The notes below the pieces were generated by a model, which was not told the DNA's origin, did no database searches, and worked only from the letters and a program-made list of their open reading frames with translations. Positions 13,093-25,527 of a DNA stretch of 64,000 nt are shown piece by piece. The DNA comes from Paraspadella gotoi. Lineage: Eukaryota > Animalia > Chaetognatha. The translations under genes and the position numbers were made by a program. The stretch is taken from positions 9,419,191-9,483,190 of the forward strand of contig CM119269.1 in the NCBI GenBank assembly GCA_051294375.1, given 5' to 3'. The stretch's first letter is position 1. The number at the start of each line of letters is the position of its first letter.

Positions 13093-13723
13093 TCCATGAC
13101 CGTGAAGAAACGCCTCAGAGACGAAACTTTATTTACATAAAAAGTGAAAATTAGGGGCAAAAAAAATTATTCATGAAACCTAAGATGATATTCAGCCAAT
13201 ACGTTACTAACCATTATGCAAATTTCACTTTCGGGATGATTATGATTCAGATGTTGAACCCAAATACTCATCGAAATCTCTCCTCGTATCGCAATGTGAT
13301 ATAACATGTGAACTTCAACTTCAACTTTAACACTATTAAGGAATACAAATTTCTTTCACCCATTTTTGCAACAACTATTTTGTCGGCATTAGCTCCGTGA
13401 TTCGGCCCATAATTGGCAAAGCCGTAAAATCCGCCAATGCCAAGAACGTTGAGGCCGCCAATGGAGAAGTTGTTTAAACCACGAAGCCATCATTGCCTTC
13501 TCTGTTTCCTCGCAATAACCGAAATGACTTTCCATTTTTCTGGCAGAGCAATTCCCGGCGGGCGGTGATCGGCGCCGGGATCAACAAACCGGATGACGAA
13601 CCGGAACCGGCAGAAGGCGAATCGTACGAAGGCATTTTGGAGAATGGACTCGTCACAGGTGAATGGGGGAGTAGGTCATAGTGGGGTGTGAATGAGAGTG
13701 ATCGATGGGAAAAGGAAGATGAA

Positions 13724-13790
<67 letters not shown>

Positions 13791-15475
13791 AGATAAACTT
13801 TCGTTTACATTTGTAAACAAATAGATTTCAAAAATACTTCAAAATAATGTAAAGTTTTGTGACCAGCTTTAGAGCAAAACAGTTTCTAAAAAAATTCGAT
13901 AAGCTATTTTGTTTTCTTTCTCACGTAATATTACTTTTAATATCCTGTCCAGACTGACTGACGTGATTGCCTAAAATATAATCCTTTATCAATCGTGATT
14001 TCTCCACAAAATCATTAAAAATGTCAGGATAGAATCTAATCAAAAACCGCCGGCCTTTTCGTTGGCCGAGACGCGCGTGGGAAATGAATATTATATAAGA
14101 TAATATATTATGAAATATAAATAAGTGTTGGGTCAATGACTTATGGTTTCGTCTGGCGGCGAAAGGCGAAGACCATCCAGGCGAGGACCAAAGAGTTACG
14201 AGTTCGAGGCGGTCGGACACATCTTTGACGAGTACGCGTGAAAAGAGGATCATAGTTGAAAACTCATGCCCTAATGCCCTAATGCCCTAACGCCGAAAAA
14301 AAGGACAAATGGGGTGACGAGGACGGAGAATGTTCAAAGGCTTGACACGGAATGTCAAGGCGTGGCAGAATGTCTCGGAGCAACCAGGGAATGGATAGAT
14401 CGCGGGCGGCCGCGAATTGACAGTGTGAGCAGTGAGCACCCAGGAATCAGCACTGAATCACTGAAAACATGAATATTAACCCAACACCTTTGAGACGATT
14501 GGTGGGTCCGGAGAAGAACAGGAGTTTAACCTGGAGGTCTCTCTATACAAGCATTCTCTGTGCTCTCTTACTATAATATTAATGATACACGATAGCTTGA
14601 GGAGACCAATAATAAATGATCAATGACTAATCAAATAAGCGATCAATGTAAAATCAAATGAATAATTAATGACAGGAATCGATCTAAAAATGAACGAATG
14701 TTCATATATATAAATCCTATGATGAATGAAACCAATGAGAAAATCCAGGCTAAACCTTACCCGCGAAACTCACCCATTTTCCCAGGCCACGCCTACAGCG
14801 TGACGGACGTGAAGGAACTCAACGATTTTCGAATCGGAAAGAAGAAACCTACCCGAGTCCGCCTCGTTAGGGTGAGGAATCCTTGGGGAAACGACATCGA
14901 ATGGAACGGTGATTGGGTGTGACTCGTTCGACATGTGAATCACTTGTTCGCCAGAAACAAACGCAGGTGGATGGAAATGGGGGGGGGGATTGTGGTCTGA
15001 CTAATTTTAACTTCATTCATTTATTCGTTTTGGGTGTTTTTTTTTAATTCAGTCTTTGACGGTTCGATTATTATATATTTTATTTTATTATTTATTCATT
15101 ATTTAATATTTTAATCATCTCTTCTTCATTCTCTTCATTCAATTCATTCATTTTTCATTCATTCATTCATTCATTCATTCATTCATTCATTCAATATTTC
15201 AATCATTCATTCATTCCTTCATTCACTCCTGAATATTCATTCATTCATTCATTAAACTCCTAACTTCATTCATCCACTCATTTTCTCCATCATTCACACT
15301 TTCACCCCCCCCCCTGGATTCCAGTACCTCCTCGGATTCGGCAACGACGTCGAGGCGCCCGACGGTGAATTCTTTATGCCCTACGAAGACTTCGTCGCTA
15401 ATTTTCACAACATCGACATTTGCAACATGGATCCCAAGGAGATGGGAGGCGGGAAGGACGCCAACGCGTGAGAAG

Positions 15476-15509
<34 letters not shown>

Positions 15510-18500
15510 CGTTGTAGTGGTTTCATTCATTTAAAACTTTCATTCGATAGTTTGGAGGTTTGGTTGGGATGAATGGTTAGAAGCTTTGGTCGGTCGGGTG
15601 GTAGTTAATTTGATTTGTTATTGGGACGAATGGTTGCCTTGTAGATCGTTTGGTTGAAAGAATGGTTGGCTGTTTGGTTGGTAAGCTTATTATTTGCTTG
15701 ATTGACGCATTGAATGTTTTGTTAGACAGTCGTTTGATTAGTTGACTGGTTAGCTCGTTGGTGACCTCGTTGTAACTTTGGTTTTAACTGATTGATTAGG
15801 GTGAACCAGTGACCATTTTCTCGTTGAGTTTCGTTTCCTTTTGATCCTTCATCCCTTTTTCCTCTTCGACCCCGAAACCGTCTCCCCTTTTCCCGCTTTG
15901 CAGTTGGTCGGTCGCCGTCTACCACGGATCTTGGGTGGCGGGATTCAACGCCGGTGGACGAGCCGCTTGTAAAGAGACGCACTGGACGAATCCTCAATAC
16001 GAGATAGAAGTCGAGGTGAGAGATGATTGATTTGATTGATTGATTTAATTTGATTGGATTGATCGAATGATTGATTGATTAATTTATTGATTGATTAATT
16101 AATATATTGATTGATTCATTGATTTAATGATTGATTTATAGATCGGTTAATTGATTTATTTTATTTAATTTGATTGATCGATTGATTGATTAATTAATAG
16201 ATTGATTGATCGATATATTCCCACAGGACGCCGACGACGACGACGACACAGGTACTCTCATCGTTCAACTGCTGCAAAAGGACAAACGCAAGATTCGACA
16301 CCAAATGCATCAAGTTATGGACATCGGGTTTTTCATCTACAAAAAATTGGACGGATTCGATTTTCCCATGCCGAAGGTTCGAGGATTAATAATTAATAAA
16401 AATCGATATTAATTACTTTTGTCTAGGTGTAAAATTTGGAATTTAAAATATAAAATTATATTATGCTTCTTTAATATTGGGTGTCACCTACCATACTGAT
16501 GAGCTCACCCTATTTAAAAAATTAATCTCGTTACATTGTGTTAAAGATGACAAAATTAAATTATTGTCTTTTTTTATCTTCGTCATCGTCGTCGTCGTCT
16601 TCTTCTCCAATACTCTATGGGGTCAATTCCATCTCTTTTAACTTCACGAACCTAAGTTCACTCGTTAAAACCTTTACGCGTCACCTTTCTTCACTTTTTT
16701 CAATCGTTGTCGGTTTTTTCATCAAATTTTTTTTCAAAGTTGAACAAAAAAAAGTTTAGTCTCTATTTTTCTCTAGCGAAGACTGAGACTGAGAGCTTTT
16801 CTTTTTTTGGGTTTGAACTCTTGACAAGGAAAGGTCACAACTGCTCCTCTATTTTCCCTTCTTTCTTTTTCGGGTCTGGGAAAGTCTAGCTTTTTAGTTG
16901 CGCCGCGAGCACTCGCGGAGCAACTCAATAGGTCACATTTCGGTCGGTCGGTCGGTCGGTCGGTTTGTCGAAATATCTGTGTCTATCAGTGTGTCTTTCG
17001 GTCTGTTCCTCTTACTTTAAAAATGCTTATAACTCGGATAATGCTTCATCAATTAATTTTTAAAAATCGAATACATGAATCCAAATGAATGCCTTTTTGT
17101 TATTTTTGCTAAACCTTGAATCTTAGTGACTGCTAGCGATGCCTTTTGTTTTTAAAGAAATTGTATGTATAAAGAATAAACAAGAACGGTAATTCACGTG
17201 TGTTTCGCCGCAGTGACTGCCTTATCGCATGTATTTGTCGTGACCTGACATTACACGACGTGACATGACATGACATAACTACATGACTACATTAACTTTC
17301 TTAGCCCGTGTACTTATGGCACGCACTGCATCGGAATTTCGTCTTTTATTCTTTATAGTTTTAGGATTTCCTGAAGGCGGTGCAAGCAGTCATTGAGATT
17401 TGAGGTTTTTTCCCCTCTTAACAATTGAGTAAGTTATGAACATTTTTAACGTAAGTAGGACAGACCGCCGGACAGACAGACAGATCGACCGAAAAGTACT
17501 TTTTTTTTATCAGCGCTCGTCAGTCTCTTTCCTTTTTATATCATTCCCTCTCTCCTCGATCCCCCCCCCCCGCAGGAATTCTTCTCAGCTCACGGCGCGT
17601 GGAAAAAGAAAGGGAAAAACAGCGGAGGGACAGCGGCTAAATGTCAATACTTTGCACCCAAGAGACAAAACGTTTGTCGGTAAGATTTTCGTCCTCAAAG
17701 TCGTTTTCGTTGTTGTCGTCGTTGACGTCGTCGTCGTCGTCGTTGCTGTTAAGGTCTTCGCCATCATCGTTTTCGTCATCGCCATCGTCGTCATCATCAT
17801 CGTCGCTATTCCTAGTCGTCGTCGTCATCCCTAACGAAGTCGTTTGTTTGTTTGTTTGATCTTCATTCTGTTTTCTCCTCGAAGAAACAAGATTAATTTC
17901 CATTGATCATTTCCGTTTCAAAAATTTTGGACAAGTTTCCCGATGAGAAAAATCTTTCGAATCTTTCCGGTCTCTCTCTCAGTTCTTCCCCTCCCTTTCT
18001 TCAGTCTCACTCTTAGGTCTTCCCCTCCCTCTCCCTTCCTATCATTCTTATTCCCCTTTTAAATCCTAATTCCCCTTCGTTTTCCCCGACCCCCCACTCT
18101 GAAGCCATAGTAAGGTGGACAGCAGAAAATTCATTACAGCCTCGCTACCCACCTGTAACCACTACACTCTGAAGCCATAGTAAGGTGGACAGCAGAAAAA
18201 TTTCATACAGCTCGCTACCCACCTGTAACACTACACTCTGAAGCCATAGTAAGGTGGACAGCAGAAAATTTCATACAGCCTCGCTACCACCTGTAACCAC
18301 TACACTCTGAAGCCATAGTAAGGTGGACAGCAGAAAATTTCATACAGCCTCGCTACCCACCTGTAACCACTACACTCTGAAGCCATAGTAAGGTGGACAG
18401 CAGAAAATTTCATACAGCCTCGCTACCCACTTGTAACCACTACACTCTGAAGCCATAGTAAGGTGGACAGCAGAAATTTCATACAGCCTCGCCTACCACA

Positions 18501-20594
18501 CTGTAACCACTACACTCTGAAGCCATAGTAAGGTGGACAGCAGAAAATTTCATCAAGCCTCGCAACCCACTGAACCACTACCACTCTGAACCATAGTTAA
18601 GGTGACAGCAGAAAATTTCATACAGCCTCGCTACCCACCCCTGATCGCCGATCCCCCATGCTTTCCCCAACCCTTCCCCACCCCAGATTCGAGTTGGACC
18701 CCGGCAGCTACGTGGTCATCCCCTGCTGCTATGACCCTGACGAAGAGGCCGAGTTTATGCTGCGGATTTTCTCGGAAAAGGAATGCGGAAAACCGGAGCC
18801 GGACACGGAGACGATGCGATTGGAGGGTGAGGCAGTGATATGATTAGACGGAGGGATTTGATTGGACGATAAGAGGATGACGGAGGTTGTGATTGGATGA
18901 TTAAAGTATAATTGAGGGATTTTCTTTGGACGATTAGAGGGCAATAGAGTAATGTGATTGGACGATTAGAGGATGATGAATGGATTTGATTGGACGATTG
19001 GAAGAAGTTTGAGTGACTGAATCGTTGGATGTGATTGGGCGATTGAAGGGCTTCTAAAAAAAAAAACCCTCCCAATATATTTAAAGTCAGACAGCAATCA
19101 ACAAATAAATTAAACAATAGTATTATTCAAATATACAGCAAAATACATTAGGCAATTCATCTACGTATCGATCAATCATTCCAATCAATCCCTTTTCTCA
19201 GACGTGGAACTCCCGCTCGCGCCCGTCAACCCCAACGATTCCAAGTCCTTCAAGGCCTACTTCCAACAGATGGCGGGAGAGGACATGTCCATGGACGCCT
19301 TCGAACTCGTCGAGGCCGTCAACACACTCCTCAAGACGGACAAGAACTTCAATCCTTTCACCGTCGACGCTTGCAGACAGGTGTGGGACAAGGGTGTGGG
19401 GGAAGGTGTGGGGGAAGTGTGGAGCTAGGGTGTTGGGCGAGGGTGTGGGGGAGATGGCGTGGAGGGAGGGTACAAGTTATGTTGTGGGATTGTGGATGGA
19501 TGGCTTGGGGAAGTGTGTGGGCGAGAAGGTGAGGATGGAGTGGATGATGATTCTGGCGAGGATGTGCAGGATGAAGTGGGCGTGGATGTGGGCGTTGGTA
19601 AATACGAGGGAGGTGCATGTGATTTCGATTCAGGCGCAATTCGCAATGAGAATGGGAATCTTAATTAAGTGGACTGAATAACATTAAACTTCAGTGAGTC
19701 GACTGTCAATCGTAAAGGCGAAATCCTGCAACAACTTGTAGTTTCTTTGTTTGGGCAACAATGGAGAATTTTTATTTCTACTTAAATGCACGTTTCAAAA
19801 CTTTTACAGATGGTTTCATTGTTTGACGCTGACGCCAGCGGAAAACTGGACATCGATGAATTTCACCACGTGGTGCAACATATTCGCGCATATCAGACCA
19901 TATTTCAAACCTATGATACGGTCAGTCTTTTGTTCGTTTGTTAGTTTACTAGATCAACATGTCATCATTTTGTCACTTTATCCTTTCTTTATTTCAGGAC
20001 GGGTCGGGTACCATGAGCACCTATGAATTGCGACCGGCCATCAAGGCTCTCGGATTCCAACTGTCGGACAAAGTGAGTACAAATCACCCTGATTTTTATG
20101 TCCCATCTACGTTTAAATATATATGTCTAAATCATGTAATTTTAAAACATTTTATAATAGTAGTAGTTCACGTGGTGGACACATAAGAGACGCTTTTTGG
20201 GCATATGTTTTAAACTTGCCACTTTAAACTCACCCGCAAAAAAAATTAAATAGTTAATTATTTAAATTATACACATAGTATAATAACGTTTCACATGAGG
20301 CTTGTAAAAAAAATGACGATCAATGATTGAACAATTGATATAATCAATCAATCTAGTTACCCATCAATGCTGTATTAACATTTTTTCGAAAATCCCCCTC
20401 TCTCCGAATATTTCCAGATTCAAAAGTCACTCATCTTCCAATACGCGGACGAAGAGAACGAAATCTCCCAAGACGCCTTCATCATCATGGCCATCAAGCT
20501 CAAGATGCTCTTCGACGCCTTCGAGGACAATCACATGGAGGGACTCCTCACACTCAATCTCGGAGGCTTCGTCTCCATTTGCTCCAAGATGTAA
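5283..20594 (+). CDS. CAPN: Classical calpain large subunit (CysPc + C2-like/CBSW + penta-EF-hand), 17 exons, about 708 aa
   Basis: Exons 5283-5340, 7932-8033, 9610-9792, 10611-10693, 10942-11044, 11447-11562, 13547-13658, 14786-14966, 15325-15467, 15904-16015, 16227-16376, 17576-17679, 18687-18826, 19202-19380, 19810-19920, 19998-20072, 20418-20594. All introns are GT-AG and phase-consistent except the damaged end of exon 8. Motifs: [25 protein letters not shown] (Cys), [41 protein letters not shown] (His), VRNPWG (Asn), [22 protein letters not shown]-hands [12 protein letters not shown] and [12 protein letters not shown]. The specific orthologue is not assignable. Confidence 0.93.
5312..5666 (+). 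repeat. 35-bp minisatellite (about 10 copies) formed from the calpain exon1/intron1 junction
   Basis: Unit GTGAATGAAAATCAGGAAACAGTGCATCAAAACAG; first copy overlaps coding exon 1 and its donor. Confidence 0.95.
6218..6479 (-). mobile_element. Family A short interspersed element with internal tRNA-like segment (TGTAG...CCACA)
   Basis: Homologous to 55239-55520 (+) and to the split copy at 11795-12644; minus strand has A box TGGCTCATTGAG, loop CTCATGA and B box GGTTCAATCC. Confidence 0.75.
7105..7292 (-). mobile_element. Helentron/DINE-like non-autonomous element, family 2 (related copies near 4360-4455, 16896-17250, 27520-27555, 27940-28010, 59571-59670)
   Basis: Terminal hairpin AGTTGCGCCGCG..CGCG.AGCAACT, (GGTC/GTCT)n microsatellite, subterminal CGGCGCAAC and CTTGTT end; hairpin and microsatellite recur in the other copies. 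Confidence 0.55.
10847..10938. repeat. (TTA)n microsatellite abutting the calpain exon 5 acceptor
   Basis: About 30 TTA units run directly into TTCAG at 10937-10941. Confidence 0.95.
11795..12644 (-). mobile_element. Family A element split by a foldback MITE (halves 11795-11853 and 12459-12644)
   Basis: Both halves align collinearly to 6218-6479; the B-box segment is deleted in this copy. Confidence 0.7.
11854..12454. mobile_element. 601-bp foldback MITE with 4-bp TSD
   Basis: TIR AGTAAGGCGTAGT...ACTACGCCTTACT, CAGC duplicated at 11850-11853 and 12455-12458, internal arms imperfectly self-complementary along most of the length. Confidence 0.85.
18097..18638. repeat. 70-bp minisatellite, about 7.7 copies, in calpain intron 12
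   Basis: Unit ACTCTGAAGCCATAGTAAGGTGGACAGCAGAAAATTTCATACAGCCTCGCTACCCACCTGTAACCACTAC recurring every ~70 nt. Confidence 0.95.
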
Positions 20595-20608
20595 GAAGAG
20601 AGGAGGAG

Positions 20609-20640
<32 letters not shown>

Positions 20641-21555
20641 AGCAGAAGAAGATGATCTATTAGTAATTGAAGTCGTAAAAATTGTCGAGCCCCAGTCGAA
20701 AAATCTGATCATCACTCAAACTGATTGTACAAACGTGATAAGTGATCTTGTGTGATAAAATGGCCTCGGATCACTCCATGCCCAATTTCCAGTTCCCATT
20801 TTCATCGTTCATTCCGCTTTTTGACGCTTCATGGTGTTCATGGTGCAAATTTCAACGCTTAAGCCATAAATTTATTCGCATATTCACTGAATTTTTTTTT
20901 TGTAGTTGTTTGAATAAATCGAAGATTATTTTTAAAACTTCGGATAATCGTCACTCGGGGATTATATGCTTTGTTTTGCTTGTCTGGGTTGCTTGGGTCT
21001 CTTGTTTTATAATTGTTACTCTGTGGGCGTCCACAACTCTTTATTTTTATCTGCATATATCTTTACAGTTTATTTTACACTCAACTACTCGACTTTTTTT
21101 TATTTCATTTAATGCGATAATTCGGGTCACGAAAGCTTCATTTAAATCCCCAAGAAACGTCAGGCACGTTTTTTCATGTCGTTAACACGCTCTGTTGACA
21201 CGCTCTCGAAACACTTTGCTACACTCAATCACACGCCACCAGAAACGTTAAATTCTTGAACAATATTTTAAGAAATTTAAAAAAAAAAGGATTTTCATTC
21301 CAAAATACTTATCAGTTGAGAAGAATCACCCTGATATTAATAATCATTTTAAAATGTACTTAGACTCATTTTATTAACGCTTTTTTACATTATTTTTTTC
21401 GGGTGTTACTGGATCAAATTTTTTGTTTAAATACTTACATATTTATTAATGTTCGTTTGGAATCCAGTTATTTTGTTTACGGCATTACATATTTTAGTTT
21501 TTAACCCGTCGGATTTTTGTTTTACAATAAACTATTTTCAATCTAATATAAAAAA

Positions 21556-22653
21556 ATGTTTATTTTCCCTATGTTAGCTCAGTTAAAAATTTATTTCCAA
21601 GTTCTTTATTGTTGTTTTTTTTCACCGAAAAAAGTCCAAATTCGGTAAGTTTGTTAAAATTTGTTTATGATTATTTTTACCATATATTCGATGGGTTATT
21701 CTTCTCAACTGACACTTAATAATTTTAACAAAATAACTTATGATTAATATTTTAACGTCTTTGTTCTACTTTTTTAAATTCACAATAAAGGACAAAAACT
21801 AGCATTACTAGCAATGTTTTTTTCTCTCTTGTGTCAGTTAAGAAAAACGACCCTTAACCAATTAGCAAACCAAAATCTCTAACTTTATTTCTCTCTATTT
21901 TCCAGCGAAGCGCGCGATCCCAACAACCCTCGCCCCAAGCCCATTCCGAAGCCCAAGCCCAAGGAGGACAAGAAAAAGGAGGAAGAAAAGCCAAAGCCCA
22001 AGGAGAACAAAGCGAAGGAGAAGGAAAAACCAGAGGAGGACAAGGCCGAGGACAAGAATGAAGAAAAACCTAAAGAAACGAAATCGAAAAAATCAAAGTC
22101 GAGTGAATCTGATCCAGAAAAAACTGATGTCAAAGAAAAACGAAAACTTCCTTCTGAGTCGGAAGCAGATGGTGAAGAAGATACAAAGAGGAAGAAGCAA
22201 CAACTCCTACAATCGGCTCCAGCAATAGGAAAGTCCAAAACTCCAGCAGCGACTAAGCCTAATCAAGACAAGAACAACAACGAAGATCCCGTTCCGGTCA
22301 AGCCCAATCAGGACAAGAACAACAACCAAGGGAAGGAAGAACCGATCAACAAGAGGAAGAACGCCAAGAACAAAGCCGACCCGATGCCCGAGGACAAAGG
22401 AAAGGAGAACAAGGATAACGACGAGGAGAACAAGAAAAATAAGAAGAACAAGAAAGCGGTGAGAATCGAGGAGCCGGAGGCGAAACAGAGTGCGAGACAA
22501 AAGGCGATGAAGAAGGCGGAAGAGGACAAAGAAAAGGACAAAGATAATGACAAGAATGGGAACAAAAAAGGGAAAAAAGGCCCACCACAGGCAGTGATCC
22601 CTTCGACGCCAAATGAACCGATTTGTGTCGATCTGGACGAATTCTTTCGGTGA
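21556..22653 (+). CDS. Uncharacterised Lys/Glu/Pro-rich disordered protein, 2 exons (21556-21644, 21906-22653), 278 aa
   Basis: 748-nt stop-free exon after polypyrimidine-CAG; in-phase upstream exon MFIFPMLAQLKIYFQVLYCCFFSPKKVQIR ending in CG|GTAAGT; AATAAA at 22802. Exon 2 is more secure than exon 1. Confidence 0.6.
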
Positions 22654-23045
22654 AGAGGACTTGGGAAGGGGGTTGGTCAGATTAGATGGGCGTGGTCTGG
22701 GGGCTTGAAGTGGCTTTGCGGGGAAGGGGGCGTTATCAGGCGTTGCCGAGGGGACGAAAAAAATTTAGGCGCGGGACCGGGAAGTAGGTTATGGTTTGTT
22801 CAATAAAAAAATAATGGTTAAAGTGATTAGTTTTTATAAAGTTTTGTTCGTGGTCCTTGGTAAGGTATAAGGGTTTGGAGAAAACTAATGAAATAGCTTC
22901 ACTTTGAAAAATATAAATACTATAATGATATGATATTCGGTATATAAATATTAAGACGGAAATTTTAAATATAAAAATATACATCTGGTTCCGCCAATAA
23001 TTTCTAAGAGAGGAGGGTGAGAGGGAGAGATGGGAGATGAAAGAT

Positions 23046-23118
<73 letters not shown>

Positions 23119-25527
23119 GGAAGGAGAGAGGGGGGGGAGAGGATGTCTTGGAATCGGGAAATGGAATGGAATTGAAGGCTCGTCGGTTATAAATTTAGAT
23201 ATCGAATTCATGTCATGAAAAAAGATTAACGAGATGAAAAGTGATGAACGACATTCGATCTGCACCACACGTAGTTGACTAGTTATTTTACTTTCAGGGA
23301 ATTAAAATCTCTCTCATATATATATTTCTTAACTGTGAATCCGTGAAACGACGAGCGTGACTCTGTGAACCTTTCACTCATGAAATCTTTCGCTGCGTCT
23401 TCTGTCTCACGGTACAAATTCGCGCTTTTGTGAGGAAACCGCATTTTCTGTGTTAATTTTAAAACTGCCTCGACTGTAATAATAAAAAAAAATGCATTCA
23501 CCGATCACTGTGTGTTAATTTGACAAAAAAAAATATTAATGTGTTGTTTTTTGTACAACGATCCATCTGACATCGTCATTCGCTTTTGGGAGGGTGTAAG
23601 TACAGATTACCTGCTTTCAATAATTATATTAATCAGATCTCAACTCAATATAATAAAATTTTTAATTAAATTTTCATTTTTCATTTGAGGTGATCGTTGT
23701 AAAACCAGTGAAATACTTAATGATTTTGTATTAAAGACCACTGACTTTCATTATTCATTAAAAACTTTTAAAATGGATTTAGAAAACATTAGTTTATAGG
23801 TTCGTTACATTGGGGGATTATTAACGTTTTAACTATTTTTTATCAATAAAGTAATCGTTTAAAAAAAATGATTTCGTTGTGAGATGAATTAGTTTTCAAT
23901 GTGATTATCGTCCACCAAGGAGACTTATTGCTCAATTTCGTTGTAATAATATAATTTCTTCATCTTTATAATTTGTTATACGTCATTTTATCAACAAAGA
24001 AAAATAGGCGGGGTTCATTAGGGAGAAATAGGAGTTAAGAACGCTCATCCATTTTTCGCGATGTTATTCTGTCACTAATTTATAGCGAGCAAGATTCGCA
24101 GAAGAAATATAAAATTGTAGAACTTTAGTTTAAATGGTATTATATTTTACACGATCATGCAAACTATTTGTTTACATCCATTGATTGACTCGCAGAGTAG
24201 AACGCCGACAACAATGACGACAAAAACTATATCAACTTGTTAAAATGTTGCTGAAGGGGAATTACCTTGGCGACGACGACGACGACGTCAGCGACGACGA
24301 CGACGACGAAAACGACCCCTATCCACTTAATCACCGCACAATTTATCTTCTTTTGACGTAAGACTCGAAAACCAGAGACCGGCGTCTGGCGTCTGACGTT
24401 CGGCGACTGGCAAAGTGCAACCTACGATCCCCATATGGAAACCGGCAAAAAAGCGTGTAAAGTTCTTATTGCCAGGTACTCTGGGAGTGAATAAACGAGA
24501 CTGTGAGAGAGTCTTGATAGAAAGCTCGCAGGGATCTGCTTGTAAGAGTGAAAAGAAAATCCTGTCCAAAGTCAGGGACAAGAGAGCTAATTAAATGAAT
24601 AATTAAATAGATTTTATTAAACGAATAGATAATTTTTTATAATTGTTGTACTAATTTCATAAATCTATTCTTATTTTAAATATATAAGATTTCTAATAGT
24701 ATATCAAATATAAAAAAAAGAAAGAAAGAAAGACGGCAAGAGAAAAAACTGAGACAGTAAGAGAGGGAAAGGAAGAGAGATTCAAAAAGCCTGTTTTCTT
24801 TTCTTTGAAATTGCCCTATTCACTTTTTTCTCATCCCAGAGGGAAGAATTTTTTCTTCCCCATGGTGTTACCCTTGGGGTAAGTTTTATTATACCCAAGG
24901 GGCGCCACTCTAAAGGTCAAAAATTTATTTACCTCTGGGTAGCCCCTAGGTAATGATTCAAAAAGGCAACCCCTTCAATCGCCCCTAGGGGAAGCCTTTT
25001 TGAGCGACGGTATATCCCACCGGCCAATGAAAAATAGCAAATAACAACCGGCGTTTTGATCTTTCGATTTTAAGTGACTTTTTTCTTCTTCATTGACTAC
25101 ATATTTTTTTCTTTATTTACTTCATACTTTTTTTAAAATGTTTGAGTTTTTAAAATTATTTAAAAATATTTTTGAAACCACAACAGGTATTGTGAGAAAC
25201 AGAACGGAGAAGGAAAAAAATTTCATTTGGGTGTCAACAACGACAATATTTTATTTCACATTGATACATGTTTCAAATAAGTTATTAGCCTTCATGACCG
25301 CAAACTTTACTATTTCAAACGCAACAAATCGAATGACTAACAAAAGAACGAAACAGTATTTTACATATATATAATTTGAAAGTATCTAAGCCAAAAAAAT
25401 TAACATACGTATCTTTAAATAAATATATAATGACAAAAAATGTAAAACAGCTTAGGGCGAGAAACTTAACATTTTGATAGTCGAGTTGTTTAAATTTCTT
25501 AATTAAATTTTTAACAAGTTTGAGCAA

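Noticed and set aside
21906-22653. Calpastatin homologue next to calpain
   Set aside because: Similar composition only; no TIPPxY-type inhibitory motif or repeated A/B/C subdomains seen
24190-24590. GC-richer segment with an acceptor-like site and poly-Asp frame
   Set aside because: All frames close quickly and I could not link it by phase to other exons; unresolved
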